From: Octopus bimaculoides
Lineage: Eukaryota
Length of the DNA stretch: 64,000 bases
Direction of reading: 5' to 3'
NCBI RefSeq assembly: GCF_001194135.2
Contig: NC_068981.1
Span: 71,756,360 to 71,820,359, forward strand
Shown piece after piece: positions 25,701-37,082 of this stretch; position 1 is the first letter of the stretch; every line of letters begins with the position of its first letter. Below the pieces are notes generated by a model. The model did no database searches, was not told the DNA's origin, and saw only the letters and a program-made list of their open reading frames with translations. The translations under genes were made by a program, and so were the position numbers.

Positions 25701-27741
25701 CACCAAGAAGGACATACATCTGTTGAAAACAGCCCAGAGAAATCTCATTCAACACATCAGTATAGAAAAAGCAGGTATAAAAAAAACAATGATAAATTGC
25801 TTTTCTATACGAAATAATGGAATTTGTTCAAAGCAAAGGAAGTTCGGTATTTTCTGTTTTGTCTAGTTAGATATTTTATTAGCAAGTGCAAGTTCTTGTT
25901 GAATGAAATTTGTACAGATTATTATGTAAAATGCATGAATAGAGAATTACTTAGCATAATGATTTTTTACTGCTCTTTAATCAGACATAAGTACTACAGT
26001 ACTGAATTGGATAAAGTCAATGTTGTAATGTTTATTGCGAATGCTAAGTTAGTATTTGGAAGTTAAAACCTGGATAGGAAGTTGTAATTCTAAGAAGTAG
26101 AAGAAGAAATAATCAAAATGTTTATACTGGATTAAAGATCCAATATGAACATTTAATTACTTTAATGTTCTTGTATTACCTTAATTTTTCATTAATGTTT
26201 TCATGCAACTCTGTAAACACATTTGGAAAAGTTTCAGTATTTTGTAAAGCCATACCATAAGACCACATGGTCAGATGTTTATGGTTTGACTCGTGGACAT
26301 TGTTTCGCATAGCAGCTGTTTGGTTGGTATTTGTTATGAACATTTCTATTTTTATTTTTTAAAGTTAAGTTTCATATAACTTGATTCATTAACAACTTTT
26401 ATAAATTTGGTGTATGAAATTTGAGATTTCTTTTAAATTCAGAGATAAAACAGAAGATTTAATGGAACTGTCCAAAGAAAAAAAGGAGGAACTATCTCAG
26501 AAAGAAAACAGGTGAGTNNNNNNNNNNNNNNNNNNNNNNNNNNNNNNNNNNNNNNNNNNNNNNNNNNNNNNNNNNNNNNNNNNNNNNNNNNNNNNNNNNN
26601 NNNNNNNNNNNNNNNNNNNNNNNNNNNNNNNNNNNNNNNNNNNNNNNNNNNNNNNNNNNNNNNNNNNNNNNNNNNNNNNNNNNNNNNNNNNNNNNNNNNN
26701 NNNNNNNNNNNNNNNNNNNNNNNNNNNNNNNNNNNNNNNNNNNNNNNNNNNNNNNNNNNNNNNNNNNNNNNNNNNNNNNNNNNNNNNNNNNNNNNNNNNN
26801 NNNNNNNNNNNNNNNNNNNNNNNNNNNNNNNNNNNNNNNNNNNNNNNNNNNNNNNNNNNNNNNNNNNNNNNNNNNNNNNNNNNNNNNNNNNNNNNNNNNN
26901 NNNNNNNNNNNNNNNNNNNNNNNNNNNNNNNNNNNNNNNNNNNNNNNNNNNNNNNNNNNNNNNNNNNNNNNNNNNNNNNNNNNNNNNNNNNNNNNNNNNN
27001 NNNNNNNNNNNNNNNNNNNNNNNNNNNNNNNNNNNNNNNNNNNNNNNNNNNNNNNNNNNNNNNNNNNNNNNNNNNNNNNNNNNNNNNNNNNNNNNNNNNN
27101 NNNNNNNNNNNNNNNNNNNNNNNNNNNNNNNNNNNNNNNNNNNNNNNNNNNNNNNNNNNNNNNNNNNNNNNNNNNNNNNNNNNNNNNNNNNNNNNNNNNN
27201 NNNNNNNNNNNNNNNATATATATATATATATACACACACACACATTCAGCATTTCATTGCCTTTAATTAGTGTTCTACATGAATGCATATTATATGCAAA
27301 TAAATATAGTATGCTTTTTAAGGAAAAAAAAAATTTACCAAGTAATGCATGAAGAGGGTTTTTTCAGATTTCAAAAGAGTTCTTTCCATTTAAGAGTTTG
27401 AATGAAATATGTGAATCGGTTTTCAAAACTAAATTTGCCTGGGAATGGACCTTCTAAGGAAAATATTCTTGAGTTAATGTGAATTTCATTAAGTTTAAAA
27501 GTATTTTTTTAACATTTTAAATTAAAAAGTTTTTTTTTAATATAGAAAAAGATTGACTGCTAACTTATATAACATTATTCTATTTGTTTTTGACAGGGTA
27601 ACCAACCTGGTGCATAAGATCTCCAATTCTCCCAGGAAAGAACGAGCTTTGAAAATTTACACTGAAGATTTAAAATCGACCAGACTTTTGCCATCTCCTG
27701 TAGTTCCCTCTGCTGCTGGTGCAGCTTCTGGGCTAGACTAG
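243..27741 (+). CDS. USP47: Ubiquitin carboxyl-terminal hydrolase 47, 3' portion (21 exons, 2934 nt spliced = 977 aa + stop; 5' exons lie upstream of the window)
   Basis: All exons have AG/GT boundaries with compatible phases. The spliced translation matches the USP47 family in order: [138 protein letters not shown]. Family match is from recalled vertebrate USP47 sequence. Confidence 0.97.
726..777 (+). CDS. USP47: USP47 exon: [17 protein letters not shown]
   Basis: ttcag acceptor, AAA|gtaagt donor; catalytic FND motif; phase 2 to 0. Confidence 0.96.
1093..1299. mobile_element. piggyBac-type MITE (family copy 1)
   Basis: TTAA-CCCTTTAGCA left end, degenerate CTAAAGCA-TTAA right end; internal similarity to 24218-24434. 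Confidence 0.65.
2808..2884 (+). CDS. USP47: USP47 exon: [25 protein letters not shown]
   Basis: ttgtag acceptor, AG|gtaaat donor. Confidence 0.95.
3147..3202 (+). CDS. USP47: USP47 exon: [18 protein letters not shown]
   Basis: ttccag acceptor, G|gtaaat donor; NAYML end-of-USP-domain motif. Confidence 0.96.
3440..4130 (-). mobile_element. Decayed RTE-clade LINE fragment (RT C-terminal part)
   Basis: Minus-strand remnants [14 protein letters not shown] and [24 protein letters not shown]; frameshifts and stops; boundaries approximate. Confidence 0.7.
4442..4554 (+). CDS. USP47: USP47 exon: [37 protein letters not shown]
   Basis: ttgcag acceptor, AAG|gtaagg donor. Confidence 0.95.
4625..4848 (+). 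mobile_element. 5'-truncated RTE 3'UTR copy with (GAT)n tail
   Basis: GAGTGGTTGGCGTTAGGAAG...CCAACCCATGCTAGCATGGAAAGCGGACGTTAAA(TGA)n. Related copies: ~2020-2340(-), 19985-20150(+), 33090-33305(+), 39215-39480(+), 40610-40815(+), 40944-41480(-), 42105-42700(-), 42700-42870(+). Confidence 0.85.
5499..5603 (+). CDS. USP47: USP47 exon: [35 protein letters not shown]
   Basis: ttctag acceptor, AAT|gtaagt donor. Confidence 0.95.
5845..6290 (+). mobile_element. Two tandem tRNA-derived SINEs (family A)
   Basis: GGTGGTGAGCTGGCAGAA head, GTTCTGAGTTCAAATTC B-box-like segment. Further copies at ~36296-36505, 38212-38375 and 38398-38625. Confidence 0.8.
6384..6591 (+). CDS. USP47: USP47 exon: [19 protein letters not shown]...TFQEYKPG
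   Basis: tttgtag acceptor (alternative in-frame cag ending at 6392), G|gtaagt donor; overlaps listed ORF 6384..6599. Confidence 0.94.
7230..7345 (+). CDS. USP47: USP47 exon: [38 protein letters not shown]
   Basis: ccttag acceptor, AAA|gtaagt donor. Confidence 0.95.
8491..8607 (+). CDS. USP47: USP47 exon: [39 protein letters not shown]
   Basis: tttgtag acceptor, AAA|gtaatt donor. Confidence 0.95.
8756..9715 (-). mobile_element. 3' end of an RTE LINE: RT C-terminus, 3'UTR with internal subrepeats, (GAT)n tail
   Basis: ORF 9369..9587 ([21 protein letters not shown]...[13 protein letters not shown]) runs continuously into the 3'UTR that occurs as short copies elsewhere; ends in (GAT)n at 8756-8767. 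Confidence 0.88.
9848..9968 (+). CDS. USP47: USP47 exon: [40 protein letters not shown]
   Basis: caatag acceptor, A|gtgagt donor; KLLDRHxNTIR motif. Confidence 0.94.
10076..10951 (+). CDS. USP47: USP47 large exon (876 nt), S/D/N/T-rich linker ending [17 protein letters not shown]
   Basis: Lies within listed ORF 10075..10959; long T tract then aag acceptor (second in-frame aag ending at 10081); A|gtaagt donor; phase 1 to 1 fits both neighbours. Confidence 0.9.
12230..13990 (-). mobile_element. Decayed RTE LINE ORF fragment
   Basis: ORF 13057..13245 [33 protein letters not shown] resembles the RT PWELLYADDLVL motif; upstream [13 protein letters not shown] resembles MKxGKAPGPSGI; boundaries approximate. 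Confidence 0.75.
14033..14124 (+). CDS. USP47: USP47 exon: [30 protein letters not shown]
   Basis: ctcaag acceptor, AAA|gtaagt donor; VDKRITL motif. Confidence 0.94.
14245..14385 (-). mobile_element. tRNA-derived SINE (family B)
   Basis: Reverse complement of ...AACCACATGGTTCC..GTTCAGTCCC..TGC..AGTACCTTGGGCAAG..TTCTACTATAGCC. Further copies at ~21005-21150, 22480-22625, 25395-25560, 35165-35270, 37115-37215, 43460-43615 and 57385-57505. Confidence 0.75.
15505..15585 (+). CDS. USP47: USP47 exon: [27 protein letters not shown]
   Basis: caatag acceptor, AAG|gtttat donor. Confidence 0.94.
15900..16530 (+). mobile_element. RTE LINE fragment (Cys-rich segment and RT C-terminus)
   Basis: ORF 15981..16400: [27 protein letters not shown]...[18 protein letters not shown]...[10 protein letters not shown]...GRLYDACV. 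Confidence 0.88.
16894..16974 (+). CDS. USP47: USP47 exon: [27 protein letters not shown]
   Basis: ttatag acceptor, GAG|gtaagt donor. Confidence 0.96.
18182..18297 (+). CDS. USP47: USP47 exon: [38 protein letters not shown]
   Basis: cattag acceptor, AG|gtaag donor. Confidence 0.95.
19985..20150 (+). mobile_element. 5'-truncated RTE 3'UTR copy
   Basis: Near-identical to 4686-4848, with (GAT)n tail. Confidence 0.85.
20676..20794 (+). CDS. USP47: USP47 exon: [39 protein letters not shown]
   Basis: aatcag acceptor, G|gtaact donor. Confidence 0.96.
23276..23406 (+). CDS. USP47: USP47 exon: [43 protein letters not shown]
   Basis: taatag acceptor, AAA|gtaagc donor. Confidence 0.95.
24008..24055 (+). 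CDS. USP47: USP47 exon: [16 protein letters not shown]
   Basis: tttcag acceptor, AAG|gtcagt donor. Confidence 0.95.
24218..24434. mobile_element. piggyBac-type MITE (family copy 2)
   Basis: TTAA-TCCTTTAGCA ... TGCTAAAGGG-TTAA: terminal inverted repeats and TTAA target duplication. Confidence 0.75.
25191..25321 (+). CDS. USP47: USP47 exon: [43 protein letters not shown]
   Basis: gggcag acceptor after pyrimidine tract, AG|gttagt donor. Confidence 0.95.
26443..26511 (+). CDS. USP47: USP47 exon: [22 protein letters not shown]
   Basis: attcag acceptor, AG|gtgagt donor immediately before the N gap. Confidence 0.94.
26518..27215. other. Assembly gap (698 N) in the last USP47 intron
   Basis: N run; the flanking exons splice in frame, so no coding exon is required inside it. 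Confidence 0.99.
27597..27741 (+). CDS. USP47: USP47 last coding exon: [27 protein letters not shown]...SGLD*
   Basis: tgacag acceptor; [12 protein letters not shown]-terminal motif; TAG stop at 27739-27741. Confidence 0.95.
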
Positions 27742-28913
27742 TATAATAATAATATCAATAATAATAATGAGTTGCTGATCTTCATCTGTCTGTCTTCTCT
27801 TGTGATGTAAATAGAAACAGAATGAGAAGCAAAAAATGACAGTGTTATAAACTGTTAAAAAGAACATGTTCTGGTTGTTGTGCAATGACTATATTTCCTT
27901 CCTTAGCTTTTGAATGGATGTTTCTGCTTCATTTTAAAGAGATTTCTGCCCTTTTGATCTTTCCTTGATTCTTTTCTCTCCTTTTACTTGCAGGGAATGA
28001 CAATACAACTTTATGAAGCAGTTGCTGTTTTTACAGCAATAATCCAGTAGTTTATTGTTATATTATAAAGGAAATATCTCTGATGTTTTCGTATCTTTTC
28101 CATTGCAAATCCTAATGTACATAGGTTCTATGTGCATTTGAAATTTACTACTAATGAATAGCTTTTATTTGTGAAATCCCATGCCATAATTGAACTCTCA
28201 GTGAAACAACAAAATAGCAATATTTTAAATGCATGCATACATAATGTGCTTATGTATATGCACACACACACATACTTATGCATATGCATAACATTCTTAC
28301 ATCAAACAAGCAAATATTAATTTTGACCAATAGAAATAGTTTTTTTTTTTTCACTTTCTTTTTCTGTTGGAACAAACGAGAGGTTGTAAAGAAGTCTGTC
28401 CAAATATCGATGCCTAATTCTTCCCCCACAATTATTTATTTTATTTTTCATTAAAAAAAAAAAGTTGTCTGTGATTGATTGTTTATTAAGAAGCAGGCAG
28501 ATTAACTTTGAGATCATTAGACTCACAGTCGCTTAGCATATTTTAATAATTTGCAAGGTACAATTGCTTTACAAACCAACTGGTTAATCTGTTATTTAGT
28601 AACTGGATTGTGTGATCTTACCTTACAGGTATGTTTTAGATTGTCTATTGCGAAAAAAAAAGCATAGTAGCTGCTACAGACATTTCAGCTTGATTGTTAA
28701 TCTGTACAGATGATATTGAATTGCTTTTCCTTTATACTGTATATTTTGTTTTGGTTGCTTTAGCAATGACTGTTGTTGTACTTTTGTTGTTATTAGTTTT
28801 ACAGTATGTGTTTTTAAAGTAAATAAAAATCCACTATTTGAGTACTGCTGCCATTAGTCTAGAAAATTAGACAAATTTATTATTGTTAAATTTTGAGGTG
28901 ATAGCAACTTTAA

Positions 28914-28953
<40 letters not shown>

Positions 28954-29003
28954 TTATTTCACCCTCACTTTTTCAACCCGTTCACTTCTCTCTTTCAAAT
29001 CTG

Positions 29004-29047
<44 letters not shown>

Positions 29048-30972
29048 AATACACATGCAATATGAATTACTGGTGTGTTAAGTGTTCCATTATTTTGTTG
29101 CAATAATGCACTGTAGAACATGTAGGTTTTTCAGTCAGCACTGCATGTAATGACAACTGTAAACAACCTGCCTGTACAATGTGTGTGCAGACAAAACTGT
29201 ATATCCCTATCCATTGAAAGCACTTGTGTACATATCTATCTAAACATAATCTCTTGTATAACTATTTACATAATGCAAAAACAAAGTTCTTACTCAGTTA
29301 AATATTTACTGGTGGATGTGCCTGTTAAGCAGCTGTGTGTAACGTTTATGAAATCTTCTAGAAGATAAAAAGTATGGAATTGATTGCTAGATTGTTGTGA
29401 AACGTTGAACTCAATTCGGGATAGACAAATAAATAGGTGAAAAAAAAATCCCTCCAGTGAATAAAAAGGGTTAAATGACATGTTTTACTTATACATTTGT
29501 TTTGAGTCTCTTGTGCCTGTTAGTGTATATCTTGAATACAACATGACTGTATTACAGAACTGAGATATTGTTATGATTAATGGAGAAAGTAAGATCATTA
29601 CAGTGGATATAATTTGGTTCAAATGTGTTAACAGCTTTGCCAATTACACTATTGTCTAGTAAATATTATTTGAACTAGTAGAGTTTTGTTGTTGTTTTTT
29701 TTTTCCGTCATTTCAACTGCTGTAATCCCAATCATCCTCATGCTATATATTATGTTGTATAGTCTCTTGTATTCTAGTTTAATTCCAAAATAAATAAAAT
29801 GAAATATATAGTAAAAATAAAAATGAAAAAAGCCCTTATAAACCCAAGACTATTAGGATAAATTTTTATACAAACTTGAGGATAATTGTAAATTGCTTCA
29901 GCTGAAATTTGTAACAAAAAAACAACAATAAAAGTTAAGTTCACTAATCTGAATATTTTCATGCTTTGTTTTAAAAATTATACAAATGCAACTCTCTGTT
30001 GCCTTAATCTTAGTATAACAACCTTGGCTTTTTCTACAAGGAACTGTTTTTAATTGATATACAAAATGTTTATGATCAAATTACTATTCACACACTTGAT
30101 TGGTTAAGAAGACCTCATTGCTTGGCTTTTTTCATATTTCATTGCATAACTTCCTTTCAGAAGAGATTGTGCTCATTGACTGGCATGTATTATTTTGGTC
30201 ATCTCTGGAAATCGATAGATGCTGAACACTTATCTAGAGGAACAATGAAGGTGTTGCAAAGGTTTTACAAGTTCAATTCTTGGATATAGTTATTTAAGTG
30301 TATATAAAAATATGGCATCTGAAGATGCTCTGATAGACTTATTGCTACATTTGTGTAAATAAAAATACAAAATATCCACGTAATATGCTGTATTAAACTT
30401 TATTTAATGTATTGTAAAAATTTCTATAACAAACACAAACTAATGCTCAGATCTTAGCAATATTTAAAAGTTGCTTTTTTCCTCACCATATTAATTCTGT
30501 GATTTTGTTATTTGGATGATGGAATCATTTATTATTTCTTTTACATACTGTGTTTCCATCTTCTCTCTCTTGTGTGTGTGTGTGCGATATAATTTTCCAG
30601 AGATTTTGTGACGATCAAGTGGACTGGGATGTGGAATTTCACCTATTAATTTATTCAAATATTTTAGGATTAATTATACCTTTTTAATCACCCTGTGTAT
30701 GATGCAACTTGTGTGAATTTTATTGTGTATGATACTCTTCTTGAAGTAAAACCAACAGAGGGAGTGGCCATTCAAGTTGTCAGCAATAAGTCGATAGGGT
30801 GATTGAGGATATAAATACAAGGAAAATAGCTGACCCATCAGAAATTGTCATTGTGATGCTTAGAATATCTGAAGTAGGATATGGGTTAGTTGCAGAAATA
30901 GTCAATACCAACATGGAAGGTGGATGTTAAACGATGATAATGTAATACAGAAAGTTATTATATTCAATGACT

Positions 30973-31184
30973 TATGAGGGAATGCTGGAAAGTTTTGGGT
31001 ATCACGAAAGGCCTGGTTGGAGGTGCAACCATCCAAGTTCTTTTACAAGGCTTAGGAAAACTGCAAGACCACTGCAATAAATGTGTGAATCTGTGAGGGG
31101 AATATGTTGAATAAGATCATAATTAACTGATCCTCCTGTATTTTCTCTTATCCAAAGCCAGGAACTTTTCAGCACCCACTTGTA
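30973..31184 (+). mobile_element. mariner-derived MITE
   Basis: TA-TGAGGG..GCTGGAAAGTT left end, GCCAGGAACTTTTCAGCACCCACTTG-TA right end; internal remnant DHCNKCVNL..EYVE* of a mariner transposase C-terminus. Confidence 0.7.
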
Positions 31185-31189
31185 TATAG

Positions 31190-32520
31190 CAGTATTATTG
31201 TAAACTGTTACAAAGGTAAAGGAGATACACTAGAGAGGGAGAACTACAGGAACATCAAAGTGTTGGACCATGTCATGAAAGTTACAGAAAGATATTGCAA
31301 AATTGATTCAGTTAATATGCTGTTTGGCTTTATACCAAGAAGAGGTACTACCAATGCCATCTTCCTTGTAATCTAAAAGTAAGAGAAATACTTAGCTAGT
31401 ATCCATAGATTTGTTAAAAACCTTTAGTAAAAACGTTTAGTAAAAAGGTTAAAACCCTTTAGTAAAGGCTCACACTCTGTCATCTGGTATGTGTGAATGG
31501 CTAGTGAGGGCTGTACAAGCTATGTACAGAAATACAGTCAGCAACAGAATGAGTTAACAATACATACAGTGATGACTTTGAGCAATGTGAGTGGAGGGGC
31601 ATCAGTGCTTTGTCCTCAACTTTCTGCTTATTGTAGTCCTTCAAGCCATAACATGAGTTTAAGGCTAACTGTCTGGGAACAGATGTATGTTGGTAACCTT
31701 GTTTTTATACCAGAATCTGAGGAAGATTTAGAGAAATTCTAGACATGAAAACTTCAACTGGAATTGAAAGGCTTTGAAGTAAACTTGGCCAAGATTAAAA
31801 GTTATGCTGAGTAGAAAAGATGGTTTTGCTGCTATCAGGGAAAGGGATGTGCTCAGTATGCAGTAAAGGAGTAGAAAGAAACAACATACAGCATGCCCAG
31901 TATAGACAATGGACTCACGAGGTGCTGTGGGATTACAGACAGACTAAAAGCAAAGGTATCCTTCACAAATACATTAAGCATGATGAATACTTGATGAATT
32001 GATTCCCTCAACTGCTCAGAAGGATCCCTAGAAGTAGTTAGTTACTTAGGTAACTAACTGATAGTAGGGATGGGTGCTTTGAAAGCATACTAGCCATAGT
32101 AAGAATGAGATAGAAAAAGTGTAGAGAACTATAAACCACTGCTGGCAAAGAAAGGTTTCTCTTCAGAGTGAAAGACAAAGTGTATGATATTTGTTTGCAA
32201 AAGGCAGTACTTCATGGTAGTGGAATGTGGATGCTGTATTTGTGGAGGTTAGAAAGAAATGAGGTAAGTTTGTTTTGCTGGATGTGTAATGTCAGTGCAT
32301 GAACAACATTGTACAAATGACCTGAGAGAAAAGTTATTATAAGAAGGATGAAATATAGTTTGTAAGAGAGAAGACTATTGGTGTGGGCATGTGATGCATG
32401 TGATTGACAACAAGCTGCATCAAAGGGGATGAAACTTAAGCTAACACAGCACCTAGAAAGAAATAGAATGAAGTGGTGAAAACTGATTTTGTGATGCTGG
32501 ACCTCAGAAAAGAGATGTCA
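31190..32520 (+). mobile_element. Decayed RTE LINE reverse-transcriptase region
   Basis: NCYKGKGDTLERENYRNIKVLDHVMKVTER, FGFIPRRGTTNAIFL, WEQMYVGNLVFIPESEEDLEKF, with many stops and frameshifts. Confidence 0.85.
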
Positions 32521-34479
32521 GTTGGTGATAAGCAAACATGGTAGAGAGAAAACTAGCCAAGAGAGTGCTGATGGTCGGGATGCTCTCATTTCCCTGCCTT
32601 TCTTTCTCTCACTTCATATCCTCTTTGCTTGGTGTGCTTTCACAGCATTCCATCCTCTTTTCTTCCCCTCTACTTCTATGGTACTTTATAGCCTCTTTTT
32701 CTCTCACTGTCATCTTGCAGCTTCTCTCCCACTTGAACAGCCACACACTTCTCCTTTATGGCCAATCTCCATGACTCCCCCTACATCTCCCTTTCCTTCA
32801 GTGGTCCTCTCCCCACATCTCTGCAGATCCACATTGCTCATTTCTTTTATGCCCCTCTCCCCAACTTCCTGCCCATGATCACCCTACTCAGCCAACCCCA
32901 TCACCCTTACTAATCTGTCCCTTTCTCACCCTGCCACATATCCCTCCTGTTTCTTATATACCCACACCTCAACAGAATCTATTCTGTTACCACCCTCTCA
33001 CAGCACTAAATATGTTCCTCAATACTTTAACCTCTCATAACCTTACCTCACCTGCTGCTATTCTCATTTTGATAATGGTGGTTCTTTAGTCTTGTAATTG
33101 ACGAAATGACCTTGCTAGTACTGGTTCCATGGAAAAAGTTTCTAGTACACTCTGTAAAGTGGTTGGCATTAGGAAGGACCTTCAACCATAGAAAGCCTGA
33201 CAAAATTGAGATATTGGAGCAAGCTAGGGTCCTCTAACCTGTTGGATCCTGCTGGACAATCTAACCCATGCCAACATGGGAAATGGTTGAAAAATGATGA
33301 TGAAGATATATACGTAGGTATGGAAACTTCGGTCAAAAATCAGTGCAACTAGAAATGCAAATGAAGTTCAATAAAAGCTATATAGATGACTGCAGAGTGA
33401 ATAGTTATATTTTACAGATAAAGCTTTAGCTATGAATTATTGCTATTAATAATTCCAAAAGCTTTTTGGAAACTGCTGAAACTATAAATCTGTTATAGGA
33501 TAATTTAAGTAAGACAAATGCAAGATCTGTCAAGAGGATAAATCCAGTGTAGGGACAACTATCTAGCAACTGTGTATGGGACATAGAAATACTTAAGACT
33601 GTGAGTGAATGCACTGTAAGATGACTAGGGGTAGTGATAGACCATTGGAAGAAGGAAAACCCTGAATTGAAACCCTTGCTATATTGTGGGACTCTTTGAA
33701 GGAGTTGGAGTACTCTGGCATAAATCTTGAAATGTTGGTATATGGTTGTTTCATCTTTGTGGCATAAGAAACTCCTTGCCTTACTCAAAAAGTGGATTAC
33801 ATGTAGTACAATCTCAGTTCACTATAAGAAAACTTGTGCCCAAGTACCTTTTTGGAATGTGTCATGCTCATGTGATTTCCAACTCTAGTGTGATATTTTT
33901 TTCTCAAGCCCTTTGGCAACAGGGTGGTTTTGATGGTGTGTTTAAATTTAACTGACTAGAAGTATGTAATGAAAACACTGCTCATGGGTGGGTTTGAGAG
34001 GTCACCATGCTGTTCATGAATTGAGGGTGTTCACATTTGAAAATGAATAGACAATCATCACATTTATGTATGTATAAATATATATATATATATGTGTGTG
34101 TATGGTGATGGAAATCAACTCAATAAATAGTATGACCATTGCTTGTTAATGAGCTGCAAAATGAAGATGGCATTTTAGTTCAGTTGATGATATACAGCGT
34201 TTACCATGACTATTAAATAAATATTTCTTTGTGAAGTACAATATAGAATTATGACATTTGGCATTGTGTACAAACAATTGTCTTGTCAGACAAACAATAG
34301 GAAGATAATGTTTATTATATGATTGGCTGATATGCATTCCTTCAGGTGGGAAAGATTTATTATTAACTTGCTTTTGTTCATGTTCCCTTGAGCTGTTAAT
34401 AAGACCAGCCTTAGGTAGACAAATCTGGTTACAAATTGAACATTTTAGATTTTTTTTTTTTTTAATATCTATGAGGCTG

Positions 34480-34920
34480 CATTTTCTTGCATCCTGTTTT
34501 AATTTTCAGTGTTGAATGTGATTCTCTTCAAAATACATGGATGCATTGAGTATAGTTTTTCTTCATGCTGCCTCTTCAATTGCAGTTATTTCCCAACTCT
34601 GTGTGGATGTTGCCTTTTATTTTTTTTTTGTTCAGATCAGATTCAAGACGGTCTTTGTAGCTTAACTTTGGTTTGTAAAGAAGTTTTTTTTCCCAGAACA
34701 TAGTTTTCCATAGAGTTGACTCTAAGAATTCTTTCATCTTCCATACAGACTACACGTAAGCAAAAGATCTCTGCTTACGATATTGGTTTACCACAAGACC
34801 TTGACATCATTCGTATCTTTCCAAGACATATGCAAAAATTTGCCAAAGACACTTTTGCAGAAAACACTCCCACTGTTTAACATGGGTTGAATATAACGTC
34901 CATGTTCCCCAGTCATACTA
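34480..34920 (-). mobile_element. Decayed RTE LINE 3' ORF fragment
   Basis: Minus-strand remnants KFLHMSWKD, SYKDRLESDL, SWEITAIEEAA*R; boundaries approximate. Confidence 0.6.
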
Positions 34921-36073
34921 CAAAACATGCTTTGAAAATACATATTTGAGTGTCATTTTTTAAAAATATTGATATCATTGAAAATTAATATCTTTACTAA
35001 GGTCTCGACAAATATGAAAGATACACTATCTATTTATCTATCTACTTACCTATCTACTCTCCTGTCCATCCAACCATCCATCAATCTGTTGAGTTTCATT
35101 ATAATGAATATTGACATAATCCCCTCTCTCTTCGGAGAGGCACAAGCACATACACAGACATATACACACACGGCAGTAACTTCCGCCTACCAAATCCACT
35201 CACAAAGTTTTGGTCGGCCTGGGGCTATAGCAGAAGACACTTGCCCAAGGTGCCACGCTGTGGGACACCAATTGTTCAGAGTGGGCAGTGTGGAGCAGGA
35301 TGTTTATTGTATCACTATTTTAGTAATATCAAATGTTACCAAATTGTTTGAGGGCATTTGAAATTAGTGATGTGAAGAATATTGGATTGGACTTGCTGTC
35401 ACATCTAACAATGCCTCTACTCTTCATAATTAGCTAACTGTACACCATTTTTTTTTTTACCTGCTCACATCTGCTTTTGTCACTTCTATCTCTCCACTAT
35501 TCACTTTTTCAGATTCTTCCAACCTAGAATGTCAACCCTCTCTTTTTCCCCATATTATTTCTCCAGACATCAGTGTTCAGATGTTCAAACAAACAGTTAC
35601 AGTTTCAATCTTACTTATTAAAAAAACAAAATGAGGGCCTGAAAAGTCTGGTTGATGAGTATAAGGTCATCAAAATTGAGTGCCTCTTTACATTTATATC
35701 ATTTACATAAGTATTGCTTATAATACTTTAAAAAAGAAGAGTTGGGATTCATCCAAAGTTAGTGATATTAATGTTTCCTACTAGGAATTGACATTTGGCT
35801 ATGTATTCAGTTTACATAATCTTACTGTGCAAGAATAGACAAATAGGTGTTCATGAATAAAAAAAATCATTGCTCTTAACTCACTCCATCTCAAAGTAAA
35901 CAGATTCAAATCTGATGGGCATCAGATAAAAAAGAAAAAGAGCCCACATTTTTGTTCTCATCAATGCCAAGTGTCATTTGATTCTTCTTCCATCACTTCC
36001 ATCTATTTCTTCTTATTACACTATATTACACTTACTATGCGACAAAGAATTTTAACAATATATTTCAGTTGTT

Positions 36074-36297
36074 TTAACCCTTTCGTTACCAACTCAGCTG
36101 AAACCGGCTCTGGTTCTAAGTACAAATGTCTTGTTTTCATAAGTTTTGAATAAAAATCTACCAAACCTTAGCCACAATTTATGTTCCTAACACTAACTGA
36201 ATGATAATTCAGTTATTTTACTAAATCCTTTGTTATATTTAGATTAATTGAAAGAAACACAGAGCATCTCAAAATAATATGGTAATGAAAGGGTTTA
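36074..36297. mobile_element. piggyBac-type MITE (different family)
   Basis: TTAA-CCCTTTC ... GAAAGGG-TTTA ends. Confidence 0.6.
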
Positions 36298-36867
36298 GGC
36301 AGTAAGCTGGCAGAATTGTTAGCATGCTAGACAAAATGCTTAGTGGTATTTTGACTGTCTTTACATTCTGAGTTCAAATTCTGCTGAGGTCGACTTTGTC
36401 TGTCATCCTTTCAGGGGAAATGAAATAAAGTACTCGTGGAGCACTGGGGTTGATGTAATCAATTAACACCCTCCTCCAAATTTCAGGCCTTGTGCCTATA
36501 ATAGTATATTTTAGTTGCTGTGACTGTTTTAGGATTTGATAGTGAAGCAAATGATTTCTGAATGAAGATAAGTAGTTTAATGAGTGAGAGATTTTTACTA
36601 CTATATCATCAGTAAATGAAGTAATTCATAAATTACAGCAAGTTATGAACTAATTATTAAAGAGATTCATGTCATTCTTTGACAATCACCAAAACAATTT
36701 TCTAAGTTTGAATTAAAACCTTGGGAAAGTATCTACTTAGTGCCAAAAGGCATAATTCAACACTCATGTTCAATATCAATGATATGAGATACCAATGTTC
36801 AGTTGCTGAATAAATAAAATCACCACTCCAGTATGTGATCTAATACATCTAAAAATTATATAACATT

Positions 36868-37082
36868 AATCCTGATGAAAAGATCCTGGCTTTGGGTAAG
36901 AGAAAATACAGCAGGATCAGTTAATTATGATTTTATTCAACATATTCTCCTCTTAGATTCACACACTATTGCAGTGGTCCTTCAGTTTCTTTAAGCCCCG
37001 TGAAAGAACTCAGAAGGTTGGGCCTGCAACCAGGCATTTCATGATACCTTTAAAGTCAGGAACTTTTCAGCAGCCCTTCATA
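36868..37082 (-). mobile_element. mariner-derived MITE, second copy in reverse orientation
   Basis: Reverse-complement match to 30973-31184. Confidence 0.7.

Noticed and set aside
26439-27288. 250-270 aa ORFs spanning X runs (also 54987-55495)
   Set aside because: Artefacts of N gaps.
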